64,000 bases of DNA from an uncultured Desulfobacter sp. (lineage in GTDB: Bacteria > Desulfobacterota > Desulfobacteria > Desulfobacterales > Desulfobacteraceae). The translations under genes and the position numbers were made by a program. Shown here piece after piece: positions 52,648-63,428 of the stretch. Location of the stretch: positions 3,136,001-3,200,000 of the forward strand of contig OY762069.1 of assembly GCA_963665095.1 (NCBI GenBank), in the 5' to 3' direction. The stretch's first letter is position 1. Each line of letters opens with the position of its first letter. The notes beneath the pieces are model-generated. The model was not told the origin of the DNA and did no database searches. It worked only from the letters and a program-made list of their open reading frames with translations.

Positions 52648-54453
52648 ATGAATACTCACAAACTGGCTGCGCTTATCTTTATTTTGTTTTTGATCTCTGG
52701 TTGCCAGCAAGCTCAAATGACCGCACAAAAGCCCGTTTCCGACCAAACTTTGAATTCGGAAGATGCCTCATATGGAAACGTATCATCATTATCCGCTATC
52801 GAACATAAAGCGATCCCTACAGACACCCGAGAGGGATTAAGCCTCAATTGTGACATACAGGCAAATCAGAACGTAAATAATGCTGTTGCCCCAGATCAAA
52901 ACAATATAGATCAGGCTCTTGAATTGTGTACCATAGCCCAAAAATCATGGGAAGAAGGAGAATTAGAAGAGGCACTATCGAGCCTGGATGCCGCCTATGC
53001 ACTAATTATAGAAATTGATCCTTCTGAAAACCCTGAAGTCAGCCAGCAGAAAGAGGACATTCGTTACCTTATATCCAAACGTGTTCTTGAAATTTATGCA
53101 TCACGCCAAATTATTGTCACTGGCCAACATGAAGAAATTCCCATCACATTAAATTCACACGTAAATGCCGAAATCAAACGTCTTACTGGCCCTGAACGTA
53201 ACTTCTTTATCCGATCATTGAATCGCTCCTGTCGATACCGGCCATATATTGTTCAAGAACTGAAAAAGGCCGGACTTCCCGAAGAAATCTCCTGGCTGCC
53301 TTTAATCGAAAGCGGCTTTAGAACAACAGCGCTGTCTTCGGCAAGAGCGCTCGGCCTATGGCAGTTTATCTCATCAACCGGTCATAAATTCGGACTTAAT
53401 CGCAACTACTATATTGACGAACGAATGGATCCGGAGAAAGCCACCCAGGCTGCTATTTCCTACTTTAAGGAGTTACACAATCTATTTGGAGACTGGACCA
53501 CGGCCTTAGCTGCATATAATTGCGGTGAATACCGTGTGCTCAAAACTATCCGCCGGCAAAAAATTAACTATCTGGACAATTTTTGGGATCTGTATCAAAA
53601 CCTCCCAAGAGAAACCGCAAGGTATGTACCAAGATTCCTGGCAACCATTCATATCGTTAGAAATCTGGATAAATACAATATTACCATGGATGCGCCCCTA
53701 AAACCCATTGAATACAAATCTTTTAATATTAAAAAACAAGTCCGGCTAAGCGAAATTGCAAAAGCACTTCATATCGAGACCAGCATACTTACAGATCTCA
53801 ACCCGGAACTCCGGCACAAAGTAGTACCACCTGATTCTTACTCCATTAAAATTCCGGTGGAGTATTCGGATCAATTCACAGCCCAGTTAGAGGCTATCAA
53901 AACCACCTATCGCCAAGGCCCATCCTATGCTTACTACCGTGTTCGAAGAGGGGATACGCTTTCGGGTATTGCCGGCAAATTTCACACATCTGTGCGTGCT
54001 ATTTCCCAATGTAATAATATATCCAGAAACAGTTGCATCATGACCGGCAAGCTTTTGAAAATTCCCAGTTCAAATTACCGGAAGGTGGCCACACATTCAG
54101 ACGCGGCCTCTCAATTAACCAGTCTTCCTTCTGGGGAAAAGATTACCTATAAGGTATGTAAAGGAGACAACCTGTGGCTGATTGCTAAAAAGTTTTCTAC
54201 AACAACCAGGCAGATTATGCATCAAAACAATTTATCCAATACCAATCTGAACATTGGACAATGCCTGAAAATTGTCGTCGGAAATACCGATCTCAGCCCT
54301 GCAAAAAAAACCGCTACGTACAAAGTCAGATCCGGAGACAGCCCCTTTATTATAGCAAAAAAACATAATATGAGCCTTGACCGACTACTGGCTTTAAACC
54401 ATTTAAATAAACGAAGCAAAATATATCCGGGCCAGGACCTGATAGTGGAATAA
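52648..54453 (+). CDS. mltD: Membrane-bound lytic murein transglycosylase D-like lipoprotein (SLT plus 3 LysM)
   Basis: Lipobox ISGC; LIESG, GLWQF, AAYNCGE, ETARYVP; three Y.V..GD LysM repeats; ATG 52648 after AAGGAG. Confidence 0.88.
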   Translation: MNTHKLAALIFILFLISGCQQAQMTAQKPVSDQTLNSEDASYGNVSSLSAIEHKAIPTDTREGLSLNCDIQANQNVNNAVAPDQNNIDQALELCTIAQKSWEEGELEEALSSLDAAYALIIEIDPSENPEVSQQKEDIRYLISKRVLEIYASRQIIVTGQHEEIPITLNSHVNAEIKRLTGPERNFFIRSLNRSCRYRPYIVQELKKAGLPEEISWLPLIESGFRTTALSSARALGLWQFISSTGHKFGLNRNYYIDERMDPEKATQAAISYFKELHNLFGDWTTALAAYNCGEYRVLKTIRRQKINYLDNFWDLYQNLPRETARYVPRFLATIHIVRNLDKYNITMDAPLKPIEYKSFNIKKQVRLSEIAKALHIETSILTDLNPELRHKVVPPDSYSIKIPVEYSDQFTAQLEAIKTTYRQGPSYAYYRVRRGDTLSGIAGKFHTSVRAISQCNNISRNSCIMTGKLLKIPSSNYRKVATHSDAASQLTSLPSGEKITYKVCKGDNLWLIAKKFSTTTRQIMHQNNLSNTNLNIGQCLKIVVGNTDLSPAKKTATYKVRSGDSPFIIAKKHNMSLDRLLALNHLNKRSKIYPGQDLIVE

Positions 54454-54576
54454 CCTGTTTTTAAAAATCAACTCACTCAATTTAATTTTTAGCTTGCCTT
54501 AACATATTTAATTAATATATAAGAACGGATTGTTTCATGGGCAGATTACGGATTTTTTTACGTGAAAAGCCCCAAG

Positions 54577-54651
54577 GCCCCCGTAGCTCAGTGGATAGAG
54601 CATAGGATTCCTAATCCTTGAGCGCAAGTTCGATTCTTGCCGGGGGCACCA
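54577..54651 (+). tRNA. tRNA-Arg(CCT)
   Basis: Acceptor GCCCCCG/CGGGGGC, anticodon loop TT-CCT-AA, GTTCGA T-loop, CCA end. Confidence 0.96.
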
Positions 54652-54718
54652 CTAATTTAGGGTCATTATCTTTATATAAATACAATACCTGCAGCATTAT
54701 CGCCGCAAATGATATAAT

Positions 54719-55948
54719 ATGCCGGATGCGTTAAAAAAACCTGAACTTCTGGCACCTGCCGGAAATTTTGAAAAGCTTGAAATTGCAGTTCATTATGGGG
54801 CAGATGCTGTTTACCTGGCCGGAAAGGATTTCAGTTTAAGGAGTCTTTCAGGCAATTTCACTGACCGCGAATTAGAGCAGGCTATACATTATGCCCGGAA
54901 ACATAGTGTAAAAGTCTATCTTGCCTGTAATATCTACTCCCGGAATGATGAACAGGGAGATATTGAAACATTTCTGGAAAACGTCGGAAAAATTAATCCC
55001 CATGCCGTTATAATATCTGATCCTGGCATCATTATGAAAGCCAGACAGATTATCCCTCAAATAGATATTCATTTGAGTACCCAGGCCAATACCACAAATT
55101 ACAATGCAGTTGAATTTTGGGCACAGTCAGGTGTAAAACGAGTCAACCTGGCCAGGGAACTCTCCCTAGAAGAGATTAAAACCATAACATCCTGCACCCA
55201 TATTGAGACTGAAACTTTTGTTCACGGAGCCATGTGTATTTCCTATTCAGGCAGGTGCCTGCTGAGCAATTTTTTAAGTGGCAGGGACAGCAATCGAGGC
55301 CTGTGCAGCCATCCATGCCGGTGGAAATATGCCGTTGTTGAAGAATTCAGGCCAAATGATTTTTTACCCGTCAGCGAAGACAGTCGCGGCACTTACATTT
55401 TCAACTCAAAAGACATGTGCCTGATTGATCATATTCCCGAATTGATACGTGCAGGAATATCTTCTTTAAAAATAGAGGGAAGGATGAAAGGCATCAACTA
55501 TCTCGGGTCCGTGGTCAAAACATACCGCTGCGCCATTGACTCTTTCATGGCAAATCCAGAAAAATATATAGTTCGACCGGAATGGCACTCGGAACTTTAT
55601 CAGGTTTACCACAGACCCTATTGCACAGGATTTTATTTTGACCACCCGGATGACGTGTCTAAAAATTCGCTTAACAGTCATAATGAACATGAAGGTAAAA
55701 TTCATAGTTTTATCGGTAAAATCATTGAGCGTAGAAGCGAAACCCTGTATTTGATTGAAATCAGAAATAAAATGATACCGGGAGATCAAATAGAGATACT
55801 AAGCCCAAAAGGCTCTGCGCAAAAAGCATTCGTCGCCTCTCTGACGAATGAAAACGGTGAAGTTATTGATAATGCGAAACCCAATACCCGCGTTGTTGCA
55901 AACATTCCCCTAACCGTTTACCCCAACGATATCGTACGCAAAATATAG
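54719..55948 (+). CDS. U32 family protein (TrhP/YegQ-like tRNA hydroxylase)
   Basis: PELLAPAG, HLSTQAN, FVHGAMCISYSGRCLLS, CSHPCRW, SLKIEGR. Confidence 0.92.
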   Translation: MPDALKKPELLAPAGNFEKLEIAVHYGADAVYLAGKDFSLRSLSGNFTDRELEQAIHYARKHSVKVYLACNIYSRNDEQGDIETFLENVGKINPHAVIISDPGIIMKARQIIPQIDIHLSTQANTTNYNAVEFWAQSGVKRVNLARELSLEEIKTITSCTHIETETFVHGAMCISYSGRCLLSNFLSGRDSNRGLCSHPCRWKYAVVEEFRPNDFLPVSEDSRGTYIFNSKDMCLIDHIPELIRAGISSLKIEGRMKGINYLGSVVKTYRCAIDSFMANPEKYIVRPEWHSELYQVYHRPYCTGFYFDHPDDVSKNSLNSHNEHEGKIHSFIGKIIERRSETLYLIEIRNKMIPGDQIEILSPKGSAQKAFVASLTNENGEVIDNAKPNTRVVANIPLTVYPNDIVRKI

Positions 55949-55970
55949 ATAAATTTTAGGCATCTTTAAT

Positions 55971-55999
55971 TTGACATTAGGTAATATCTTCTGTAGATT
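55971..55999 (+). promoter_or_regulatory. sigma70-type promoter of the che cluster
   Basis: TTGACA-N17-TAGATT. Confidence 0.6.
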
Positions 56000-56052
56000 A
56001 TTTAGCATCAAAGGTATAATTCATCCCATGACATTCTTTCAGGAGCGTTAAT

Positions 56053-59000
56053 ATGTTTGAAGACGACGAAACCCTACAGATGTATATTGAAGAATCTTTG
56101 GACCATCTGGCAGACATTGAAAGTGATTTATTGACGATCGAAGAGGGCGGTGCAAACATCGACCTTGACCTAGTCAATAATGTTTTCAGAGCTGCCCACT
56201 CCGTCAAGGGAGGGGCCGGATTCATGGGGCTGACGACCATCAAGGATCTGGCGCACCATCTGGAAAACGTACTGGGAATGATCCGAAATAATGAATTAAT
56301 TCCGGATTCAGGAAAAATCAGCATATTGCTTAAAGGTTTTGACGAACTTGAAAACCTATTGAACAATATTCAAACCAGCAATGAAGTGGATATTTCCGCC
56401 CATGTGCAGGCTCTGGAGAACATTACCACTGCAGGGGCTGCAGCGGCACCAGCCCTGGATACGACGTCACAGCTGCAGGAATCAGCCCAGGCCATAGCCA
56501 TGGCAGACATCACCCTTGAAGACGGAAGAAAATTTCAGCAGGTTCCGGTACATGAGCTTGATACCTGCAAGGCAGAAGGAAAAAACCTGTTTCTTGTTGA
56601 GTACGATCTGATTGGCGATCTTCACGAACAATCCAAAAAGCCGCAGGATGTTTTAACCAATCTAACCAAAACCGGCACCATTATAGAAACAAGAACAGAT
56701 ACGACCAGTGCAGGCACCCTGGATGACTCAGGTATGCCAAAGGATTTTCCGTTTCAGGTGCTTTTCGCCTCCATCATTGAGCATGACATGGCAGAGACGC
56801 TGTTTGGCGTCTCCAACCGGTTTATCCATGTAATTACAGATGAAATGATCTCCCCTGCCACAGAACCCTTAGCTGAATATCCACCACCTCTGCCCAAGGC
56901 AAAAGTAGTGGAAGCGGCAGCGGAACAGCCCGTGGCCCAACCGGCAGCTGTAGTTGTGCAGCCGGCGCCTCAAGTTCAGACGGCAACTGTGGCAGCCCCA
57001 AAGGTTCAACCTGCTGCCAAGGAAACACTGGAAACCAAGGCGCAAGACAAGGATATCGCTCTTGGAAGCAAGCCCCAGACATCTTTACGGGTTAATGTTG
57101 GGCTGCTTGATACCCTGATGAATCTGGCCGGCGAGCTGGTTTTAAGCCGAAACCAGCTTCTCCAGGGCATCAACTCTTCCAACGTAAAAGCCACAGAGCT
57201 GTCCAGTCAGCGAATTGACATGATCACGTCCGAACTCCAGGAAGCAATCATGCGTACCCGGATGCAGCCCATTGCAAATATTTTAAATAAGTTCACCCGG
57301 GTGGTCCGCGATTTATCACAGCAGCTTGGCAAATCAATAGAGCTGGAAATTGAAGGTAAAGATGTCGAACTGGACAAGACCATTCTTGAGTCCATTAACG
57401 ATCCTTTAACCCATCTTGTCAGGAACTCCGTTGACCACGGCATTGAAACACCTATGGAAAGAGAGCAGATGGGCAAAAAAGGAACAGGAACCATTGTTCT
57501 TAAAGCGTTCCATGATGCCGGTCAGGTCAATATCATGATCTCAGATGATGGCCGTGGTCTGGATCCAACCAAAATTGCCGCGTCAGCCATCGGAAAGGGC
57601 CTGATCTCCGAGGCCCGGGCTGAAGAGATGACTGACAAGCAGAAAATGGAACTTATTTTTCTGCCTGGTTTTTCCACTGCCGCAGAAATTACGGATGTGT
57701 CCGGCCGTGGGGTGGGCATGGATGTGGTAGTAACCAATATTGAGGCATTGGGCGGTATTATTGAACTGGATTCCACTCCAGGAGAAGGCACGGATATTCA
57801 AATTAAGCTGCCCTTAACCCTGGCAATTATTCCAAGCCAGATTACCTCTGTGGGCAATGAACGCTATGCAGTCCCCCAGGTCAACCTTAACGAGCTGCTC
57901 AGGATTCCAGCCAGCCAGATTAAAGAAAAAATTGAAAAAGTCGGTGACGCTGATGTTGTCAGACTCAGAGGCGAGCTGCTTCCCCTTCTGAACCTGGCGG
58001 ATATGCTTGGTATCCAAAGGACGTTTATCGATCCTAAAACCGGTGCTATAAAGGAAGACCGAAGGGTTAACATGGCTGACCGACGGTCAAAGGTCCACCA
58101 AACAGCTGAAGAAGCACAATATGCCGAACTTACTGAGGAAGAAACTATTCAAAGAGAAAAGCAGGACCGGCGCTATCGCTCATCATCAGCCATTAACATT
58201 GCGGTGGTTTCAGCAGGCGCCTTTAAATATGGTCTTGTTGTGGATCAGCTCCATGATTCTGAAGAGATCGTTGTTAAACCAGTGGGACGCCATCTGAAAA
58301 AATGCACTGCCTATGCCGGGGCCACGATTATGGGCGACGGCAAGGTGGCACTCATTCTTGATATTTCAAATCTCGCTCAAATGGCAGAACTGTCTGCCGT
58401 TGCCGAAGCTACTCAGAATGCCCGGGCAGCAGAGGAAGAAGATGAAGCCAATGCAGATAAAGTTGCCCTGCTGACATTCAAAAATGGTGCAAATGAACAC
58501 TTTGCAGCGGCTTTGAGTATTGTAGAACGGATTGAACGAATCCGGACCTCTGACATTGAACAGATCGGTGGTCGCAAGGTTGTTCAGTATCGTGGCGGTT
58601 CCCTTCCCCTTTACGAATTATCCCAGGTGGCACAGGTGGACCAGTTGCCGCAGCGCGATCAGCAGGAAGTTATTGTCTTTAAAGTCAAAGACAGGGAGCT
58701 TGGACTTATGGTCACGCCACCTGTGGATGCACTGGAAGTAGTGCTTAATATTGACAGCACCACGCTTAAGCAGCCTGCCGTCAGTGGCTCTATGATTATC
58801 AATGAACACACCACCCTTCTGATTGATATTTTTGAGATGGTCAAAATATTAAATCCGGATTGGTTTGATGCAGAAGCCAAGGCAGCTGCCAGCATGGCCG
58901 AAGACGGCGGAAAAATTATCCTGTTTGCAGAAGATTCTGCCTTTTTCAGGAATCAGGTCAAACAATTTATGGAAGAGGACGGGTTTAACGTCATTGAAGC

Positions 59001-59277
59001 GGAAGACGGCTTAGTTGCCTGGGAACTGTTAAAGGAGCGCGTTGAAGAAATTGACCTGGTTGTCACGGATCTGGAAATGCCCAATATGGACGGATTTGAA
59101 TTCACAAAACGGATAAAAAGCGATCCCCAGTACTCTCATCTCTCAGTTATTGCCCTGACATCCCTGGCCAGTGAAGCGCATATTGAAAAGGGCCGGTCTG
59201 TGGGAATAGACGAATATGAGATCAAGCTTGACAGGGAGCGGTTGATGGCGGTTATCAGACAATATATGAATCTTTAA
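56053..59277 (+). CDS. cheA: Chemotaxis histidine kinase CheA (Hpt, dimerisation, HATPase, two CheW, REC)
   Basis: FRAAHSVKG, HLVRNSVDHGIE, SGRGVGMDVV, C-terminal receiver DLEMP. Confidence 0.96.
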   Translation: MFEDDETLQMYIEESLDHLADIESDLLTIEEGGANIDLDLVNNVFRAAHSVKGGAGFMGLTTIKDLAHHLENVLGMIRNNELIPDSGKISILLKGFDELENLLNNIQTSNEVDISAHVQALENITTAGAAAAPALDTTSQLQESAQAIAMADITLEDGRKFQQVPVHELDTCKAEGKNLFLVEYDLIGDLHEQSKKPQDVLTNLTKTGTIIETRTDTTSAGTLDDSGMPKDFPFQVLFASIIEHDMAETLFGVSNRFIHVITDEMISPATEPLAEYPPPLPKAKVVEAAAEQPVAQPAAVVVQPAPQVQTATVAAPKVQPAAKETLETKAQDKDIALGSKPQTSLRVNVGLLDTLMNLAGELVLSRNQLLQGINSSNVKATELSSQRIDMITSELQEAIMRTRMQPIANILNKFTRVVRDLSQQLGKSIELEIEGKDVELDKTILESINDPLTHLVRNSVDHGIETPMEREQMGKKGTGTIVLKAFHDAGQVNIMISDDGRGLDPTKIAASAIGKGLISEARAEEMTDKQKMELIFLPGFSTAAEITDVSGRGVGMDVVVTNIEALGGIIELDSTPGEGTDIQIKLPLTLAIIPSQITSVGNERYAVPQVNLNELLRIPASQIKEKIEKVGDADVVRLRGELLPLLNLADMLGIQRTFIDPKTGAIKEDRRVNMADRRSKVHQTAEEAQYAELTEEETIQREKQDRRYRSSSAINIAVVSAGAFKYGLVVDQLHDSEEIVVKPVGRHLKKCTAYAGATIMGDGKVALILDISNLAQMAELSAVAEATQNARAAEEEDEANADKVALLTFKNGANEHFAAALSIVERIERIRTSDIEQIGGRKVVQYRGGSLPLYELSQVAQVDQLPQRDQQEVIVFKVKDRELGLMVTPPVDALEVVLNIDSTTLKQPAVSGSMIINEHTTLLIDIFEMVKILNPDWFDAEAKAAASMAEDGGKIILFAEDSAFFRNQVKQFMEEDGFNVIEAEDGLVAWELLKERVEEIDLVVTDLEMPNMDGFEFTKRIKSDPQYSHLSVIALTSLASEAHIEKGRSVGIDEYEIKLDRERLMAVIRQYMNL

Positions 59278-59316
59278 TCTGTCCAGGAAAAGATAAGACC
59301 TGTTAAGGAGACTGAC

Positions 59317-59766
59317 ATGAAAAAAAAGACCAAAGAGACCACATCCACGGATCTTGAATTTTCCACCTTTTATGTGGGTGGAGCCATTTGCGGGATAAAC
59401 ATATTAAACATCCAGGAAATCAACAAACATTTTGAAATCACACAAGTACCCCAGTCTTCGGATTACGTTAAAGGTATTTTGAATCTGAGGGGCAGAATTG
59501 TAACGATCATTGATCTTGGCAAAAAACTGGGGCTTGCGCCGGTCTCATCCAGTAAAGACAATAGGAACATTATCGTCAACTCAGAGGATGAACATATCGG
59601 TCTTCTGGTAGATGCCATATCTGATGTGGTCATCACCCAAAAAGAAGATATTGAACCGGCTCCTGCCAATATAGGCGGCGTAAAAGGAAAATTTTTTCAA
59701 GGTGTACTAAAAACCAAGGATAAGCTGATTGGCCTGCTTGATATTGATGAGGTGCTCAAAGAATAA
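59317..59766 (+). CDS. cheW: Chemotaxis coupling protein CheW
   Basis: ITQVP, GILNLRGRIV, GLLVDAISDV. Confidence 0.96.
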   Translation: MKKKTKETTSTDLEFSTFYVGGAICGINILNIQEINKHFEITQVPQSSDYVKGILNLRGRIVTIIDLGKKLGLAPVSSSKDNRNIIVNSEDEHIGLLVDAISDVVITQKEDIEPAPANIGGVKGKFFQGVLKTKDKLIGLLDIDEVLKE

Positions 59767-60866
59767 TGAACACCATTAAAGCGCTGGTAGTTGATGATAC
59801 TATTGTTTATAGGAAAATTGTGAGTGATGTTCTCAATGGAATGCCCGGCATTGAAGTTGTAGGAACAGCCAATAACGGAAAAATTGCTCTATCAAAAATC
59901 AGAACTCTAAAGCCAGACTTGGTCAGCCTGGACATTGAAATGCCAGAAATGAACGGTATTGAAGTGCTTCAGGAATTGAAGAACATGGAAAATCCGCCGC
60001 TGGTGATCATGGTATCTACCCTGACCCAGCAGGGTGGAGAGATGACCATTAAAGCTTTGGAACTTGGAGCATTTGACTTTCTTCCAAAGCCTGAAGAAGG
60101 CAGAATGGCTGACAATATGCTCAAAGTTAAAAAAGCCCTTGATCCCATTGTCCTGCATGTCAAACGCCACAGATTGGGTATGACCAGTCCTTCAAAGCTG
60201 ACGAGGACGGTCGCGCCACCTGCCTCAAAATTAAAAAGCACTGAAATGCAGCCCTTTGTCCGGACTGCCCCGAAACCGGCCGGAATCAAAACCAGATCTG
60301 AAATCATTGGGATCGGCATTTCTACAGGCGGCCCGAATGCATTGACTACAATGATTCCCATGCTGCCTAAAAATTTAAAAGCACCGGTACTAATAGTTCA
60401 GCATATGCCGCCCATTTTTACCGCATCCCTTGCAGCCAGTTTGGATAAAAAATCGGCTCTTGAGGTCAGAGAAGCCAAAGATGGAGATACCATTGAACCA
60501 GGAAAAGTGCTCATCGCCCCAGGTGGAAAACAGATGAAAATTGTTGCCGGAGCTGACGGTCTGACCAGAAAAATAAAAATTACTGACGACCCACCTGAAA
60601 ATTCATGCAAGCCGTCAGCAGACTATCTGTTTCGCTCCATTGCCCAGCATTATGTCGGCAGATCCACAGGTGTTATTATGACCGGTATGGGTTCTGATGG
60701 ATCCAAGGGGCTTGTCCAGATGAAAAAAAACGGCAGTTTTATTATTGCGCAGGATGAAAAAACATGCACGGTCTTTGGTATGCCCAAAGAACCAATAGAA
60801 TCCGGAATCGTTGATGTGATAGCCCCTTTGGAGAAAATTGCAGATGAAATCGTTAAAACCGTTTAA
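59766..60866 (+). CDS. cheB: Chemotaxis methylesterase CheB (REC plus esterase)
   Basis: GISTGGP, VQHMP, TGMGSDG, VFGMP. Confidence 0.96.
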   Translation: MNTIKALVVDDTIVYRKIVSDVLNGMPGIEVVGTANNGKIALSKIRTLKPDLVSLDIEMPEMNGIEVLQELKNMENPPLVIMVSTLTQQGGEMTIKALELGAFDFLPKPEEGRMADNMLKVKKALDPIVLHVKRHRLGMTSPSKLTRTVAPPASKLKSTEMQPFVRTAPKPAGIKTRSEIIGIGISTGGPNALTTMIPMLPKNLKAPVLIVQHMPPIFTASLAASLDKKSALEVREAKDGDTIEPGKVLIAPGGKQMKIVAGADGLTRKIKITDDPPENSCKPSADYLFRSIAQHYVGRSTGVIMTGMGSDGSKGLVQMKKNGSFIIAQDEKTCTVFGMPKEPIESGIVDVIAPLEKIADEIVKTV

Positions 60867-60899
60867 CCTGGAACTAAACGCTTCACCAAGACAACACTT

Positions 60900-61742
60900 A
60901 TGAATAAAATCAGAGTTACTCCGGAAGAATTTAGAACATTTGCTAAATATATTTTGGAGATATCAGGAATTGCACTGGATGTGGGAAAGGAATACCTTCT
61001 GGAAACCCGCCTTCACCCTTTGCTCTCAAAATATGAGTGCAATTCTTATATGGATTTGCTCAATAAATCCAAGCGCAGTTTTAATAAGGATCTGGAAAGT
61101 GAAATTATTGATGCCATTTCCACCAATGAGACCTATTTTTTCAGAGACAAATCACCTTTTAAACTGCTGCAGCACAAAATACTTCCTGACCTGATAGACA
61201 GGCGGTCCAAAAAAAGTTTCGGCAAACCCACCATACGGTTATGGAGTGCAGCGAACTCAACTGGGCAGGAGATATATAGCCTTGCCATGACCCTGCTTGA
61301 AATGGGCATCAATCTGGGAAAATACAACATCCGCATGCTTGGTACGGATATCTCAGATGCAGCCATTGCCAAGGCAAGCTACGGGGAATACAACAAATTT
61401 GAAGTGGCACGGGGACTTGATCCAAACCGCCTGAATAAATACTTTTTACCCAAAGGGGACAAATACAAGATTAAAGATGAACTTCGGGCCATGGTCCAGT
61501 TCAAAAAAATGAACCTGATGAAACCGTTTATGGGTATCGGCAAATTCGATATTGTACTTTGCCGGAACGTAATGATTTATTTCACCAGTGAAGACCGCCG
61601 AAAAATTTATTCGAACATAGCAAAAGTATTGGAACCTGACGGCTATCTATTAATCGGATCAACAGAATCTTTGGTAAATGATACAGATCTTTTTGCATCC
61701 CAAAGATACCTGAACTCTGTATTTTATCAGTTTAAAGCATAA
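60900..61742 (+). CDS. cheR: Chemotaxis methyltransferase CheR
   Basis: TNETYFFRD, WSAANSTGQE.YSLA, GTDIS, CRNVMIYF. Confidence 0.96.
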   Translation: MNKIRVTPEEFRTFAKYILEISGIALDVGKEYLLETRLHPLLSKYECNSYMDLLNKSKRSFNKDLESEIIDAISTNETYFFRDKSPFKLLQHKILPDLIDRRSKKSFGKPTIRLWSAANSTGQEIYSLAMTLLEMGINLGKYNIRMLGTDISDAAIAKASYGEYNKFEVARGLDPNRLNKYFLPKGDKYKIKDELRAMVQFKKMNLMKPFMGIGKFDIVLCRNVMIYFTSEDRRKIYSNIAKVLEPDGYLLIGSTESLVNDTDLFASQRYLNSVFYQFKA

Positions 61743-61754
61743 CGGAGTATATTC

Positions 61755-63428
61755 ATGGGCAGTATTAATGCTAAAGACTTTATAAATGAACTGGTTTTCT
61801 GCCTGAATGAAAAAGATGTGGTTAAAGCAAAAGCATTGCTCCAGTTTGCATCGGATTCCAATGTGGATGCCCAAGTGCAGAAACTTGCCCTGGCAGAACT
61901 GGCAAAAGGGCCTGAAAAGGTTGTTTTCCCGCTACTTGAATACCTTACCAAAATTGATATTTCCAACAAAGAGATCCAGGAAGGGCTTTACGACCTGATT
62001 CTGGATAAAGCCTACGGCAATACAAGCCTGGTTATCGAATATATTTTAAACAATGAAAAAAAGACCCGGATTCAATTTATTCGTGCTGCCGGAGATCTGT
62101 TTCTCGAAGATACCATTCCCGCATTAGTCCGGGTGATCCAGAACGAAACCGATATAGAAATCCTGATACCAGCCATTAATGCTTTAGGGGTATTCCGTAA
62201 ACCCGAACATATCGAACTATTTACTTCGTTCATTAAGCATCCGGACCAGACTGTCCTGAGGTCTGCCATTTTTGCCATCAGTGCCGTACCCAATCCCAAG
62301 GCGGCAGATACCCTGATGGGTTTTTTGTGTGAGGACGAAATCATTGATAAGCTGATAGTTCAGGCTCTGGCTGACAAGCAGGATCTTTATGACCTGGAGA
62401 AAATGACAGCGCTGCTGTCATCCCCTATCACCATTGTCAGGGATACCGCCATAGATGAACTGATCTCCATGGGCCAAAAAGCAACACCGCTGCTTACTCG
62501 GGCATTTCAGAATGCAGAAGCCGATTATATGGTGCACCTGATCACAACGCTTGGATATATCGCAGATCAGGCAGCTATTCAGCCTATTATGGATATCATT
62601 AATACGCAGCCCAAGGATGCCAACATCCGACAGGCAGCATATGAAGCCATGGAAAGAATACCATCTCCCCGTACAGCCATCTGCCTGGTTCAAGGCCTTC
62701 AGGATCCTGAAGAAGCAGTGCGTATGAGTGCTGCCAGGGCCATTGACAGTAATCTATCCAAGCCCCTGATTGCCGGACTAAAAAATATTGTCCGGGACAA
62801 ATCGCCAGATGCCCAAAAAACAGTTGCAGCCCTTATTGACACAGAAGCAACCAATATCTTTAGTTTTTTAATGGGTGAAGATTCATTTAAAGAACTGGCT
62901 TCAAATCATATTAAGGAAAAAGCTGCACCTGCAGTACGCAAGGCATTTGTAAAAACAATGGCATCCATCGGCCAGGCAGAATTTGCCAAAGACATTGCTG
63001 CCGGAGTCCAGGACAGCAAAGAGGAACAACCATCTGAAGTAAAAATTGTTGTGGTGGATGATTCCAAAATGATGCTCAAGCTTTACCAGAACAAATTATC
63101 TGCTTTAGGCTTTGAGTGTGAGACCTACGACCGTCCTGAAGATGCAATAAAAAGAATATTGTCAGGAGATACTGATCTGGTTATAACCGATCTGAACATG
63201 CCCAACATCAGTGGACTCGAACTTACTGTAGAGATCCGGCGAAAATTCACCCGGACTGATCTTCCCATTCTGATGATCACCACCCAGAGTGATTTTGTAG
63301 AAGAGAAGGGCGGTGATATTGATGTAAGTGAAGCCATACTTAAAAAATCAGGCATTAATATCATTTTACATAAACCTTTTTCCGAAAACGATTTCAAGGA
63401 TTCTGTCTTAAAACTGTTACCTACCTGA
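61755..63428 (+). CDS. HEAT-repeat protein with C-terminal receiver domain
   Basis: Helical repeats (VRDTAIDEL, IRQAAYEAM, VRMSAARAI); REC VVDDS, TDLNMP, ITT, KPF. Confidence 0.88.
   Translation: MGSINAKDFINELVFCLNEKDVVKAKALLQFASDSNVDAQVQKLALAELAKGPEKVVFPLLEYLTKIDISNKEIQEGLYDLILDKAYGNTSLVIEYILNNEKKTRIQFIRAAGDLFLEDTIPALVRVIQNETDIEILIPAINALGVFRKPEHIELFTSFIKHPDQTVLRSAIFAISAVPNPKAADTLMGFLCEDEIIDKLIVQALADKQDLYDLEKMTALLSSPITIVRDTAIDELISMGQKATPLLTRAFQNAEADYMVHLITTLGYIADQAAIQPIMDIINTQPKDANIRQAAYEAMERIPSPRTAICLVQGLQDPEEAVRMSAARAIDSNLSKPLIAGLKNIVRDKSPDAQKTVAALIDTEATNIFSFLMGEDSFKELASNHIKEKAAPAVRKAFVKTMASIGQAEFAKDIAAGVQDSKEEQPSEVKIVVVDDSKMMLKLYQNKLSALGFECETYDRPEDAIKRILSGDTDLVITDLNMPNISGLELTVEIRRKFTRTDLPILMITTQSDFVEEKGGDIDVSEAILKKSGINIILHKPFSENDFKDSVLKLLPT

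Noticed and set aside
54577..54718. tRNA-Arg as an integration site, or as substrate of the adjacent U32 protein
   Set aside because: No integrase or duplicated tRNA 3' end in the window; anticodon CCU has C34, not the U34 hydroxylated by TrhP-type enzymes.
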